Below, piece after piece: positions 49,500 through 59,585 of a stretch of DNA of 64,000 nt (positions within the stretch are counted from its first letter, which is position 1; the number at the start of each line of letters is the position of its first letter). The position numbers were made by a program, and so were the translations under genes. A model generated the notes under the pieces. The model made no database searches, was not told where the DNA came from, and saw nothing but the letters and a program-made list of their open reading frames with translations. The DNA comes from Flavobacteriales bacterium (GTDB taxonomy: Bacteria > Bacteroidota > Bacteroidia > Flavobacteriales > BACL11): contig PAUF01000017.1 of assembly GCA_002712715.1 (NCBI GenBank), positions 3,796-67,795 of the forward strand, in the 5' to 3' direction.

Positions 49500-52250
49500 A
49501 TGAAAAATACAAAAAGTCAAGAAATAGAAATTATTGGAGCAAAAGTTCATAATCTTAAAAATATTTCATTAAAGATTCCTAAAAATAAATTCATAGCTAT
49601 TTCAGGAATTTCCGGATCAGGAAAATCATCTCTTGCTTTTAACACATTATATGCAGAAGGACAAAGAAGATATATTGAAAGTTTATCTTCATATGCAAGA
49701 CAGTTTTTAGGAAAATTACAAAAGCCAGATGTAGATGATATTATAGGAATTGCTCCAGCAATAGCAATTGAACAAAAAGTTATATCTAAAAACTCTAGAT
49801 CAACTGTTGGGACCACTACGGAAATATATGACTATATTAAACTGCTTTTCGCTAAAATTGGATCTATATACTCACCAGTTTCTGGTAAAGAAGTGAAATG
49901 TCATTCAAAAGATGATATATTAAATTTTATATTAAATAATATCCAAAATGAAATATTAATTTTAACTGAAATAAGCGAACCATCAATAGCAAAACTCCAA
50001 TCATATCATCAGCAAGGATACTCAAGGATTTTAATTGAAAACTCAACTTATAAAATATCAAATGTAAATACTGATAATTTCAATAAATCAAATAAAAAAA
50101 CATATCTAATTATTGATCGAATTATTAATTTAAAAAAAAATAGTAGTCTTATTAATAGACTCTATGATTCAATAGAAACAGCATTATTTGAAGGAAAAGG
50201 ATGCTGTATTATTAAAAATCAAGACTCATTCCAATATTTTTCAAACAAACTTGAAATGGATGGAATTAATTTTGAAAGAAATTCTGTAAACCTATTTTCA
50301 TTTAACAATCCGTATGGGGCATGTAAAAATTGTGAAGGATTTGGCACAATATTAGATATAGATGAAAATAAAGTTGTGAAAAACTTTAATCTATCAATTT
50401 ATGAGGGAGCTATAAGCTGTTGGAATGGAAATAAATTAAGTAAATGGAAAAATAATTTTATTAGAAATTCTAGTGAATATGGATTCCCTATTCATACACC
50501 TTATAAAAATCTAACAAATAATCAAAAAGAATTAATATGGAAGGGAAATAAGAAATGTAAAGGAATAATTGATTTTTTTATAAAAATAGATTCTAAAAGA
50601 CATAAAGTTCAAAATAGAGTGATTTCAGCTAGATTCAAAAGCAAGATGAAATGTAAAGAGTGTGAGGGATCAAGGTTAAGAAAGGATGCTTTATATGTAA
50701 AAATTAATGAAAAAACAATTTTAGATATTGTCAACATGTCAATGGATGAATTATCATTATTCTTTAAATACATAATACTCAATAAACAAGAAAAAGAAAT
50801 TTCAAAAAGAATAATTGAAGAAATAAAAACCAGAATACAATACTTAATGGAAGTTGGGTTATCATATCTAACACTTTCTAGGAAAACATCAACGCTATCT
50901 GGTGGAGAAAGTCAAAGAATTCATCTAGCATCTTCACTAGGAAATAATTTAACTGGAGCAATCTATATTTTAGATGAACCATCTATTGGACTTCACTCAA
51001 AAGATACTATGAATTTAATTAAAGTACTTAAAAGTTTAAAAAAATTAGGAAATACAGTTATTGTGGTAGAACATGATGAAGAAATAATAAAAAACGCTGA
51101 TCATATTATAGATTTAGGCCCCAAGGCTGGAATTAATGGTGGAGAATTAATTTTTGAAGGTAACTTATCATCATTATTAAATTCAAAGACTAGTATTACA
51201 GCAAAATATTTAAATAATAAAAGAAAAATAGAAAATAGTTACCATAATAAATCATTTAAAAACACTTTAAAAATACAAGGAATAAGTATAAATAATATTT
51301 CATCAACAAATATCTCGATTCCATTAGAGTGCTTAACCTTAATTTGCGGTGTTAGCGGTTCTGGCAAATCATCATTAATTAAAGGTGCTGTAGTGCCATA
51401 CTTAGAAGAGAAATTTCATGGAAAAACCTATATTAAAAAAAATTACATAAAAGGATCTATTTCTACAAAAAAATATAATAGATTAGAATTCATCGATCAA
51501 AAATCAATTGGAAAATCTTCAAGATCGAATCCCGTTACATACATTAAAGTATATGATGATATACGAAATTTATTTGCAAAACAAAAATTATCAATAGCCA
51601 GAAATTATAAAGCAGGATATTTTTCATTTAATATAGATGGTGGAAGGTGTGAAAAATGTAAAGGAGAAGGTGAAATAACAATTGAAATGCAATTTATGGC
51701 TGACATTCATATTGTATGTGATGAATGCAACGGAACAAGATTTAAAAAAGAAATATTAGATATCAAATTCGAAGGTAAAAATATTTATGAAATTTTAGAA
51801 CTAACTGTAGATGAAGCTATTGATTTTTTCAAAAAACATAATCAAAAAATTTATAAAAAAATTATGCCGCTAAAAGAAGTGGGTCTGGGATACATAAAGT
51901 TAGGTCAATCCTCATCAACACTGAGTGGTGGCGAAGCCCAACGAATTAAATTAGCTTATTTTCTTAGTAAAGGAGAATATAAAGAACAAATAATATTTGT
52001 TTTCGACGAGCCGACTACTGGACTTCATTCGGATGACATAAATAATCTAATGAATGCCTTTCAGTCTCTCATAAATAAAGGTCATTCCATTATTTGCGTC
52101 GAACACAATTTAGATGTAATTAAATGTGCAGATTGGGCAATTGAATTAGGTCCAAAGGGAGGATCTGATGGAGGGAAAATCATTTTTGAAGGAATTCCAT
52201 CTGAAATGAAAAATAACAAACATTCAATTACTGGAAATTATATACCTTAA
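49500..52250 (+). CDS. uvrA: Excinuclease ABC subunit A
   Basis: Two ABC domains (GISGSGKSS; GVSGSGKSS), LSGGE twice, LDEPS/FDEPT, Zn fingers CEKC...CDEC. Confidence 0.96.
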   Translation: MKNTKSQEIEIIGAKVHNLKNISLKIPKNKFIAISGISGSGKSSLAFNTLYAEGQRRYIESLSSYARQFLGKLQKPDVDDIIGIAPAIAIEQKVISKNSRSTVGTTTEIYDYIKLLFAKIGSIYSPVSGKEVKCHSKDDILNFILNNIQNEILILTEISEPSIAKLQSYHQQGYSRILIENSTYKISNVNTDNFNKSNKKTYLIIDRIINLKKNSSLINRLYDSIETALFEGKGCCIIKNQDSFQYFSNKLEMDGINFERNSVNLFSFNNPYGACKNCEGFGTILDIDENKVVKNFNLSIYEGAISCWNGNKLSKWKNNFIRNSSEYGFPIHTPYKNLTNNQKELIWKGNKKCKGIIDFFIKIDSKRHKVQNRVISARFKSKMKCKECEGSRLRKDALYVKINEKTILDIVNMSMDELSLFFKYIILNKQEKEISKRIIEEIKTRIQYLMEVGLSYLTLSRKTSTLSGGESQRIHLASSLGNNLTGAIYILDEPSIGLHSKDTMNLIKVLKSLKKLGNTVIVVEHDEEIIKNADHIIDLGPKAGINGGELIFEGNLSSLLNSKTSITAKYLNNKRKIENSYHNKSFKNTLKIQGISINNISSTNISIPLECLTLICGVSGSGKSSLIKGAVVPYLEEKFHGKTYIKKNYIKGSISTKKYNRLEFIDQKSIGKSSRSNPVTYIKVYDDIRNLFAKQKLSIARNYKAGYFSFNIDGGRCEKCKGEGEITIEMQFMADIHIVCDECNGTRFKKEILDIKFEGKNIYEILELTVDEAIDFFKKHNQKIYKKIMPLKEVGLGYIKLGQSSSTLSGGEAQRIKLAYFLSKGEYKEQIIFVFDEPTTGLHSDDINNLMNAFQSLINKGHSIICVEHNLDVIKCADWAIELGPKGGSDGGKIIFEGIPSEMKNNKHSITGNYIP

Positions 52251-52265
52251 AATATAATTTGTAAG

Positions 52266-54353
52266 CTATTCTTTTATTAACTTATTTATTACAACATCAC
52301 TTCCTATGATAGTTTCAATAAGATATATTCCCGAATCATAATCAGAGAGGTCTAAAACCATAGAATTCATTCCAGACATTAATCCATAATCTCTTTTAGC
52401 TATAATTTTACCGTCAATACTACTAACTTTAACAAGTATATTTTCAACATCTATTAAGTTAACAGAAATAACTGCAGAAAAGTTAGCAGGGTTAGGATAA
52501 ATGTTTACCTTATCATTAAAATAAGTGTTTGGAGTAATGGAAGTTGAATTACAAGATTGATAACCATTCAGAATAGAAGTAGATAAAGATTCTGAAGATG
52601 CATTATTTATTCCATTATTAGGATCAATCAACATTCCAACAATATGCATTTGTGATAAATCCCAAGTCGGATCAATTGTAAACTGAAAGCATTGAGTCAA
52701 TTGACTGCCTTGAGTATATGAATCATCTAAATTTCCACCATCAAAGGATGGAGATATAGATCTAGCAACATGCCTATATATCATTTGCACATCAGGAACC
52801 CAATTTGGAAGAGTTCCCCAATCAGTACCATCAACATCAATTAAAGTAATTCCATTAGACCCATATGAATTAGATTGGTACCAAGTACCTCCTGTTCCAG
52901 TAACACTATCTTCCAAAAGAACACAAGCTAATTTCCAATTATTATCAATATTTGAAAGAACATCAACAGTTAAAGAAACATCTAATGTAGTTCCATTTTG
53001 AACAGCACCACTATGCAAAGTAGCTGAAATTGGTTGAGTTATTCTATTAATAAAATCAATCTCGAAATCAGCAGGATCAATTTCTGGACCTCTATCTACT
53101 AATGCTGAAGGATAACCCCCTATATAGGGAGATATTCCAAGATCATAATCTGTATTAACCATTGGGTCACCATTATGAACAGCAATACCTTGAAAATACC
53201 CATGATAATCTCTATCCATAAAATTTAAAGCAACCGCACCTCTAGGACACCATCCACACCAAGTACCAGTAGCTTCTTCTCCAATCACTAATTTATTCTC
53301 TGTAGGTGTAATTGCAGTTATCTGAATGGACATAACATCATCAGCTGGATTATCATCCTGTAAAAGTCCATTAACATTAGATACTGTAGCGGTAGCCGTA
53401 TTTGTTCCTCCCACCAAAATTATAGGATTTGGAAAATCAATCTGCATAGCGGTCAAAGACAATAAACCAAAACCTGATTGAATATTAGTAATATTCTCAG
53501 TCATTTGAGTTCCATTATAATCATATGTAATATCAAATGAATAAATAGGGTCAGTTCCAAAGTTTCTTACTTCCACCGAAGGGTATCTTTGTTGACCATC
53601 TAAACCTGAAATAGCTGTCATATTTGAAACTTGAGCGTTGTTTGTATATAATGTAGCTGGAGTATATGAAAAACAAACATCATCTATCCAGAATTCATCA
53701 TTTGCTCGTGGATACAAATCCAACGAAGATATCTGATTTAATGTATTTGCAAATGATCCCTGAGACACACCATCAATAAAGACTTCCCAAACATTATTAG
53801 ATAAATCAATTTCAAATTTAATTTCAAACCAAACATCAAAAGGAAAAGAGGATGTAAATGATGTACCAGTAGTATTACTCATTATTAAATCTCCAGTAGC
53901 ATCAAAATTAACTTCCAAGGCCCAACTAACACCAGGAGTGTTTTCAGCTTGGAAATTGAAGTAGGCTCCGCCTCCACCTCCACCGCGGATATACATCATT
54001 TGAGAAAAATCAAGATCACCAACTACATATGGAGTAGACAATAATGGTAAAGAAGCCTGGGTAATATTCTGCATTGGGTCAAACATTAACAAAATATCTT
54101 CAGGTCCTGCAGCAGCCGTTCCTGGAAAATACAAAGCATTATTACCACTAAATGATTGAAGTGAATTAACCATTGCATCATCGGCAAATGGAGCTACAGT
54201 ATTCGACATTAATTCACCCCAAGTATTCCAAGAAGAAGAAGTTTCTGCAATCGGACTACCAATATTTAAAGAATCAAAATCTTCACAAAAACTAACTTGA
54301 GAATAAGAATTAATTGACAATAAAAGGATGAAGAGGTAATATATGTTTTTCAT
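52266..54353 (-). CDS. Omp28-related (thioredoxin-like WCGWC) T9SS type-A cargo protein
   Basis: Signal peptide ...SYS|Q; EEATGTWCGWCPRG, IAVHNGDPM, GYPS..VDR, HVAR; CTD IYPNPA...GIYLI...KLIKE. Confidence 0.85.
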   Translation of the reverse strand: MKNIYYLFILLLSINSYSQVSFCEDFDSLNIGSPIAETSSSWNTWGELMSNTVAPFADDAMVNSLQSFSGNNALYFPGTAAAGPEDILLMFDPMQNITQASLPLLSTPYVVGDLDFSQMMYIRGGGGGGAYFNFQAENTPGVSWALEVNFDATGDLIMSNTTGTSFTSSFPFDVWFEIKFEIDLSNNVWEVFIDGVSQGSFANTLNQISSLDLYPRANDEFWIDDVCFSYTPATLYTNNAQVSNMTAISGLDGQQRYPSVEVRNFGTDPIYSFDITYDYNGTQMTENITNIQSGFGLLSLTAMQIDFPNPIILVGGTNTATATVSNVNGLLQDDNPADDVMSIQITAITPTENKLVIGEEATGTWCGWCPRGAVALNFMDRDYHGYFQGIAVHNGDPMVNTDYDLGISPYIGGYPSALVDRGPEIDPADFEIDFINRITQPISATLHSGAVQNGTTLDVSLTVDVLSNIDNNWKLACVLLEDSVTGTGGTWYQSNSYGSNGITLIDVDGTDWGTLPNWVPDVQMIYRHVARSISPSFDGGNLDDSYTQGSQLTQCFQFTIDPTWDLSQMHIVGMLIDPNNGINNASSESLSTSILNGYQSCNSTSITPNTYFNDKVNIYPNPANFSAVISVNLIDVENILVKVSSIDGKIIAKRDYGLMSGMNSMVLDLSDYDSGIYLIETIIGSDVVINKLIKE

Positions 54354-54404
54354 AGTTAATAATTTTATAGTACAATAATAAAGAAAATTAATCGTAAAAA
54401 AAAA

Positions 54405-54815
54405 TCATTTATGATTTAGATAATCCTGTAATATTAATGTTGCGCTAACCATATCTACTAATGATTTATCAGATCTTTTTTTCTTGCTTACACCTGAGTT
54501 TAAAATCGCTTGTTTAGCAATTTTTGATGTAAAACGTTCATCAATCATATGAATTCTTATTTTAAAAAATCTAGTATTTAAATTTTCAACAAAAGAACGG
54601 GTTTTAGATGTTATGTCTGTAGATGATCCATCCAGATTAACCGCATATCCAACAACGATATCACTAATTTTTTGAGAAACTATCAAATCATCTAAAAAAT
54701 TATATATATCATTATGACTTATACAAGTAAGAGGGCTAGCTATAGTTTGAGTTAAATCCGAAATAGCAATCCCAATACGTTTGAGTCCATAATCTATAGA
54801 AATTACTTTTGACAC
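54405..54815 (-). CDS. ruvX: YqgF/RuvX family nuclease
   Basis: IDYGLKRIGIAISD, IDERFTS, VDMVSATLILQDYL; GTG start. Confidence 0.95.
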   Translation of the reverse strand: MSKVISIDYGLKRIGIAISDLTQTIASPLTCISHNDIYNFLDDLIVSQKISDIVVGYAVNLDGSSTDITSKTRSFVENLNTRFFKIRIHMIDERFTSKIAKQAILNSGVSKKKRSDKSLVDMVSATLILQDYLNHK

Positions 54816-57800
54816 TAATTTTTTAAAAGAGGGAAAACGATATTTTCAGGAAGTATTTTTAAATGATATAACCCTGAACTTTTTTCTGTCAAATCAAAAG
54901 AAACTCTATCATTAGAAATTTTACTATCGATTAATTTTCCGTTAATATTATAAATCAGAACTTCATGAGTCTGATTGTCATAAAACTCTATAAAAAACTT
55001 CCCAATACTTGGATTAGGAAACACTTTCCAAAGAGAATCATATTTTATAAGTTCAGTTGTATTGTTTATATCAATTGGAGGAAAAACAATATAATCAACA
55101 TATGCACAATCTTGTCCATCAGAAGCAGACCAATCTTTATCATATTCCCATGTAAAAGTATTCATCCCCTGATTGACAGCAAAACTTACAAAGCTCCAAT
55201 CAGAATCAATTCCTGACCATTCATCCATTTTCTGTCCATTTATTCTAAACTTTAAAAAATCATAATCTTGTTCTGAAGACATTTTCTTGTAAAACGAAAT
55301 TTCACCATTCATTAAAACATTTAAGTCAATAGATAATTTAGAATCTGTCTGATCTGGTTGATTAAGGGCTGATCGACTACAGCTAGTACCCTCATATGGA
55401 TTATTTGAAGAAATTATCCAAGGATATGAAGGGTCATTATTCCAATTAAAACTAGTGAAATCACCAGTTTCATAGTCTTCATCAATGACCCCAATAGTTT
55501 CAGAAATAGAATTGCTATGAGCATATATACCATCTGTCAAATCAAAATTAAATAACACTGGGTGACCAATAGGCGCATTAGGGTCAATTGTAATCGTATA
55601 AGAAATATTTTGTTGCTGATTAGCAGCTAAATTAGGCAACAAAAATACAGGACTGGATATCGAAACAAAATTAGAATTGCATGAAATAAATGAATTTATA
55701 TTTGTTATTTCAGCATGACCTACATTCATAACATCTATTTGCACATTTAATGTTTCTCCAGCATCTAACTTACCATTTCCATTTCCTTGCAACTGATCAT
55801 CAAAATAAATACCAACATCAGTTAATACTGGAGAATTCAAAAGTAAAGAGAAATTTGAATTCCAGACATTTCCTAAATTGTCCGTAATCTGTAACTGTAA
55901 TGAAGCAAGATGTTGGTCAGGAACTAAAGCTGCGATCTGTAGGGAAAAAGGGGATCCTAATATTAGTGTGTTATTTGCATTAATAGATGCAACATAATCA
56001 ATACTATCAATAATATTAATATATGGATCATTAGATGATAGTACAACATTTAAACTTTGTGCTGACTGAGCTCCTAAATTATGAACCTCAACATCTAACT
56101 CAATATATTCATTATAATCTGCTAATGCATTATTATTTCCATTAATATCTATTATAACGTGATCATTATAGACTACAAATGGAGAATTTGAAGAAATTAC
56201 AGATATAGAAGAAATATACGGCTGTCTAAATTGTTTTGTAACTACTATATCTATATTACCGATATTAGTAAGATTTGGGAAATTTAAATTAACTATTCCA
56301 CTAATACCTGCCAGCTGAGCATCCAATAATATCCCATTCATAGACAATGCTACATAAGCGTCTTCTTCAGTAGTGACTGTTAATGTTGAGGAACCTAATG
56401 GAATTGCTCCAGAATGAGAAACACTTAATAAAGAAGGAATTCCTAAATATGGCATTAAAGAGGGGTCTCCCATTAGATGGTAAATCTCCCAATAATATTG
56501 GTCAGAACCGCCTGCTTGAGTAACAGCTAAGTTGCCAGAATGAATCATTTGTCCTTGAGTAAAGAACCAATCTGATCTTGATTCACCATTCTCATGGATC
56601 CAACAATCATAAACTCCTAAATCTGTACCTGTATATGAAGGATTAGCAGTAATATTAGATGTATTACCAACTGCCCACCAGTAATCTTCATCCCAATATG
56701 TATTATTAGATCCTCCTATATATCCTACCGCACCTTTATCCTCAGCTCTAAGAACTGATTCTCCAAAACATACAGGAACCTCAAATTTTACAGATTGACA
56801 ACAGTTTCCTATCATTAATCCATACTCATCAAAATTTTGTAATGATGAAACATCAGATGTTTCAAACGATGGATCAGACCATCCTGAACTTCCACAATGA
56901 GCTGTGTAATTAGCAAAAGCTACCCCATCACTAAAGTCAGATATAATAGCTGCAGAAGCTGCTGACATATCAGAAGTAATAGGTGTCCCTGAACCATAAA
57001 GATAGTTATGTATGGTAAGATTATGAGCTGAATTAAAATAGTTATCGGTACCGTAATTAATTTGACCATTTCCATAAACTGGTGCCATACTCTGATCAAC
57101 ACCAGCTACTAAAAGGACTTCATCCAAATAAGAAAAATCTGATAATAAATATTTCTCGTAATTTAAAGTTTTAGTAACTTGATTTTCAATATGTTCAGTG
57201 GTTGTTCCGGAAAATCTACCATAATACATTTCTGGAAAAAAATCTACATTTCCATCAAATTCACAGTAATACATATCAGACACATGTCCACCCATATTAA
57301 AAGAAGGGACCTCATTTATATCACCAACTAATAATAAATATGTAGGTGCTGGATTATTAACACTAGCATTGTCATACATATCATTTAAAAACGTATGTAT
57401 CGATGAGGTGGTATTACCTACCAAAGGATCATTCGTGTAAGCCTCTATTACTAGAAAGCCTTTTTTTCTTTTCCACTCAATAAATGGCTGTAAAACAGAT
57501 TGAAAAAGTGGGTCTGAAACAATTACATATTTTACAGGATATGTAGTAATCACATCCTTGTGAGAATTAGAAATATAATTAATACACTTATTAAATATTG
57601 GCTCAAAATCATTAGAAAAATACTTCTCTTTAATTTGTTTTTCTTGTTCAAAATCAATTCCACTAAAAGATATTCTTACCTCAATTTTAGTAATAATTTT
57701 AAGTTCATTAGATACTGGATTATACATTACAGGCGCAACTGACATTCTAGCTAAATTCACTCCTCTTATTCTACCTAACTTTTCAATAGTTATTATATCT

Positions 57801-58258
57801 TTAGAAACAAAATCATTATTACTATAGGATTCAATATCATAATAAAAAGGTACATCATCAGCATTTTCAGATTTAGATATTGAAGGTTGTTTTGGAAAAA
57901 CATGATAATTATTAGTATTATACTCAGATAAACTAATAATTTCATATTCTTTATTTAATACTTCAATAGTATAATTCGCATTTTCTGGAATTGAAATTAA
58001 CTTATTTAATACTGGAAGCTCCGCATGTCCAATTTCCGAGTTACTTACGTATTTGTCAATATTTATTTTAATAAAAGAATCATCAGCTTTCTTGACAATA
58101 CTTGTACCTATTTCAGAAACTGAATTAATAAATGAGAAAGAGGATGTAGATTTGTCAAATAATTTAAAATACGTCTGACCATCTTTAATTACAATATCTG
58201 CAGCATTGCTATTTGAAAATACCAAAAAAATTAACGGAAGTATGAACTTTATTTTCAC
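54815..58258 (-). CDS. C25 family (gingipain-like) cysteine peptidase with propeptide, Ig-like domains and T9SS type-A CTD
   Basis: G.AELP propeptide; YLLLVGD, YGRFS, NYTAH (His), IGNCC (Cys), YHLMGDPS; CTD VFPNPS...SGLYHL. Confidence 0.92.
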   Translation of the reverse strand: MKIKFILPLIFLVFSNSNAADIVIKDGQTYFKLFDKSTSSFSFINSVSEIGTSIVKKADDSFIKINIDKYVSNSEIGHAELPVLNKLISIPENANYTIEVLNKEYEIISLSEYNTNNYHVFPKQPSISKSENADDVPFYYDIESYSNNDFVSKDIITIEKLGRIRGVNLARMSVAPVMYNPVSNELKIITKIEVRISFSGIDFEQEKQIKEKYFSNDFEPIFNKCINYISNSHKDVITTYPVKYVIVSDPLFQSVLQPFIEWKRKKGFLVIEAYTNDPLVGNTTSSIHTFLNDMYDNASVNNPAPTYLLLVGDINEVPSFNMGGHVSDMYYCEFDGNVDFFPEMYYGRFSGTTTEHIENQVTKTLNYEKYLLSDFSYLDEVLLVAGVDQSMAPVYGNGQINYGTDNYFNSAHNLTIHNYLYGSGTPITSDMSAASAAIISDFSDGVAFANYTAHCGSSGWSDPSFETSDVSSLQNFDEYGLMIGNCCQSVKFEVPVCFGESVLRAEDKGAVGYIGGSNNTYWDEDYWWAVGNTSNITANPSYTGTDLGVYDCWIHENGESRSDWFFTQGQMIHSGNLAVTQAGGSDQYYWEIYHLMGDPSLMPYLGIPSLLSVSHSGAIPLGSSTLTVTTEEDAYVALSMNGILLDAQLAGISGIVNLNFPNLTNIGNIDIVVTKQFRQPYISSISVISSNSPFVVYNDHVIIDINGNNNALADYNEYIELDVEVHNLGAQSAQSLNVVLSSNDPYINIIDSIDYVASINANNTLILGSPFSLQIAALVPDQHLASLQLQITDNLGNVWNSNFSLLLNSPVLTDVGIYFDDQLQGNGNGKLDAGETLNVQIDVMNVGHAEITNINSFISCNSNFVSISSPVFLLPNLAANQQQNISYTITIDPNAPIGHPVLFNFDLTDGIYAHSNSISETIGVIDEDYETGDFTSFNWNNDPSYPWIISSNNPYEGTSCSRSALNQPDQTDSKLSIDLNVLMNGEISFYKKMSSEQDYDFLKFRINGQKMDEWSGIDSDWSFVSFAVNQGMNTFTWEYDKDWSASDGQDCAYVDYIVFPPIDINNTTELIKYDSLWKVFPNPSIGKFFIEFYDNQTHEVLIYNINGKLIDSKISNDRVSFDLTEKSSGLYHLKILPENIVFPLLKN

Positions 58259-58292
58259 TAGTCTTATTATAATTATTTAAATATTACTACAA

Positions 58293-58715
58293 TTACTTTC
58301 TCATCATATAATAATAATGGACAATTATATCCCCATCATATACTACATTAGCGTCAACAAAATACCATCCAAATTCCATAGCTTTATTAACAGCTTGTGC
58401 CATTGAACGGAACTTAGTTGATTCTTCTAGTAGAAGCTCTACTTCTTTATCAAACCTTCCAACATCAAAACTAAATAGAAATTTAGACTTAGATTTTACC
58501 TTCTGTTTCATTTTCATTTCAAGTGAAATATCAACAGACTCTACTTCTTCTTTTGATAAACCTTCTTGATTTAAGTCAACCTCCACACCTTTAATAACCA
58601 TGAATTTAGTAGTATAAGTCTGATTATTTTTGTCCGCATCCTTTTTAGTAGCTCTTTTTTGCGCTGTTACTACCAAAACTGAAATTACTAGTATAAATAA
58701 AATTATCTTTTTCAT
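58293..58715 (-). CDS. Secreted hypothetical protein
   Basis: Signal peptide ...VTA|Q; F.SM..AVN...FGW.FV...YYYMMRK C-terminus. Confidence 0.7.
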   Translation of the reverse strand: MKKIILFILVISVLVVTAQKRATKKDADKNNQTYTTKFMVIKGVEVDLNQEGLSKEEVESVDISLEMKMKQKVKSKSKFLFSFDVGRFDKEVELLLEESTKFRSMAQAVNKAMEFGWYFVDANVVYDGDIIVHYYYMMRK

Positions 58716-58737
58716 AACATTATATTTAAATTATTTA

Positions 58738-59562
58738 TTAATTATTTCCACCTAATATTATTGGCAAATCACCATCTCCATTACCAATAACTATAACCTT
58801 AGCATTTTGCGATTTCGCAATTTCTTGTGTCGCTTCAACTCCCTTCCAACGAAGTAATTCAGGAGTAATTGTGTTATCAATGATTTTTTGAAATTCAGCA
58901 ATACCCATAGCTTCAATTTCTTTCCTCTCCGCCTCTTTTCTAGCTTTATCAATCTTAAAATCATATTCTTCAGCTTGCTGTTCTTGTTTCAATTTTTGCT
59001 CAATAGCAGTTTGAAGTGTCATAGGAAGAGTAATATCCCTAATAAAAACATAAGGTAATTCAATGTATTTCTGATTGACAATTTCTTTAGTTCCCATATA
59101 TATTAGATTTTCTATAGAATCCCGAGCACTAGCATATAACTGCTCTGGCGTATAATTACCAATAACTTCTCTGGTAACAGATCTAACGGCAGGTTTAATA
59201 ATTCTATCAAGATAATCCTCACCAATACTTTCATGCAAATAACCTATTTGATCATGAATTGGATGATGAATAATTGAAAGATCTAATTTAATTAATAAAC
59301 CGTTATTAGAAAGTACTTCTAGCCTCTCAGAGGTTTCTTTTTCTTTTACATCATATAATATCATCTGATTCCAAGGAGCAATAATTTGAAATCCTTGACC
59401 ATAAACCTTCTCTTTATCTAATCCACCTTGAAATGTTTTAAATAAAACTCCTTTCTGACCAGGCTGAATATTTATAAACATCCCAGAGGAAAAACCTAAT
59501 ACTACAAGTAATGCAATTACAATTCCTACAATAGCGCCTTTTGGTAAATTTCTTAGTTCCAT
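58738..59562 (-). CDS. Prohibitin/SPFH (band 7) membrane protein
   Basis: N-terminal TM; GVLF, G...IAPWN, PAVRS..R.V.G.YTPEQLY, AIEQKLKQEQ, EAERK.IEA.G. Confidence 0.93.
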   Translation of the reverse strand: MELRNLPKGAIVGIVIALLVVLGFSSGMFINIQPGQKGVLFKTFQGGLDKEKVYGQGFQIIAPWNQMILYDVKEKETSERLEVLSNNGLLIKLDLSIIHHPIHDQIGYLHESIGEDYLDRIIKPAVRSVTREVIGNYTPEQLYASARDSIENLIYMGTKEIVNQKYIELPYVFIRDITLPMTLQTAIEQKLKQEQQAEEYDFKIDKARKEAERKEIEAMGIAEFQKIIDNTITPELLRWKGVEATQEIAKSQNAKVIVIGNGDGDLPIILGGNN

Positions 59563-59585
59563 ATAATTAATTTTAGTTAGTTAGT

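Noticed and set aside
49860-50270. UvrA first zinc-module cysteines replaced (SPVSG; EMDG)
   Set aside because: Appears to be the ordinary Bacteroidota variant of this UvrA paralog; the other Zn fingers are intact
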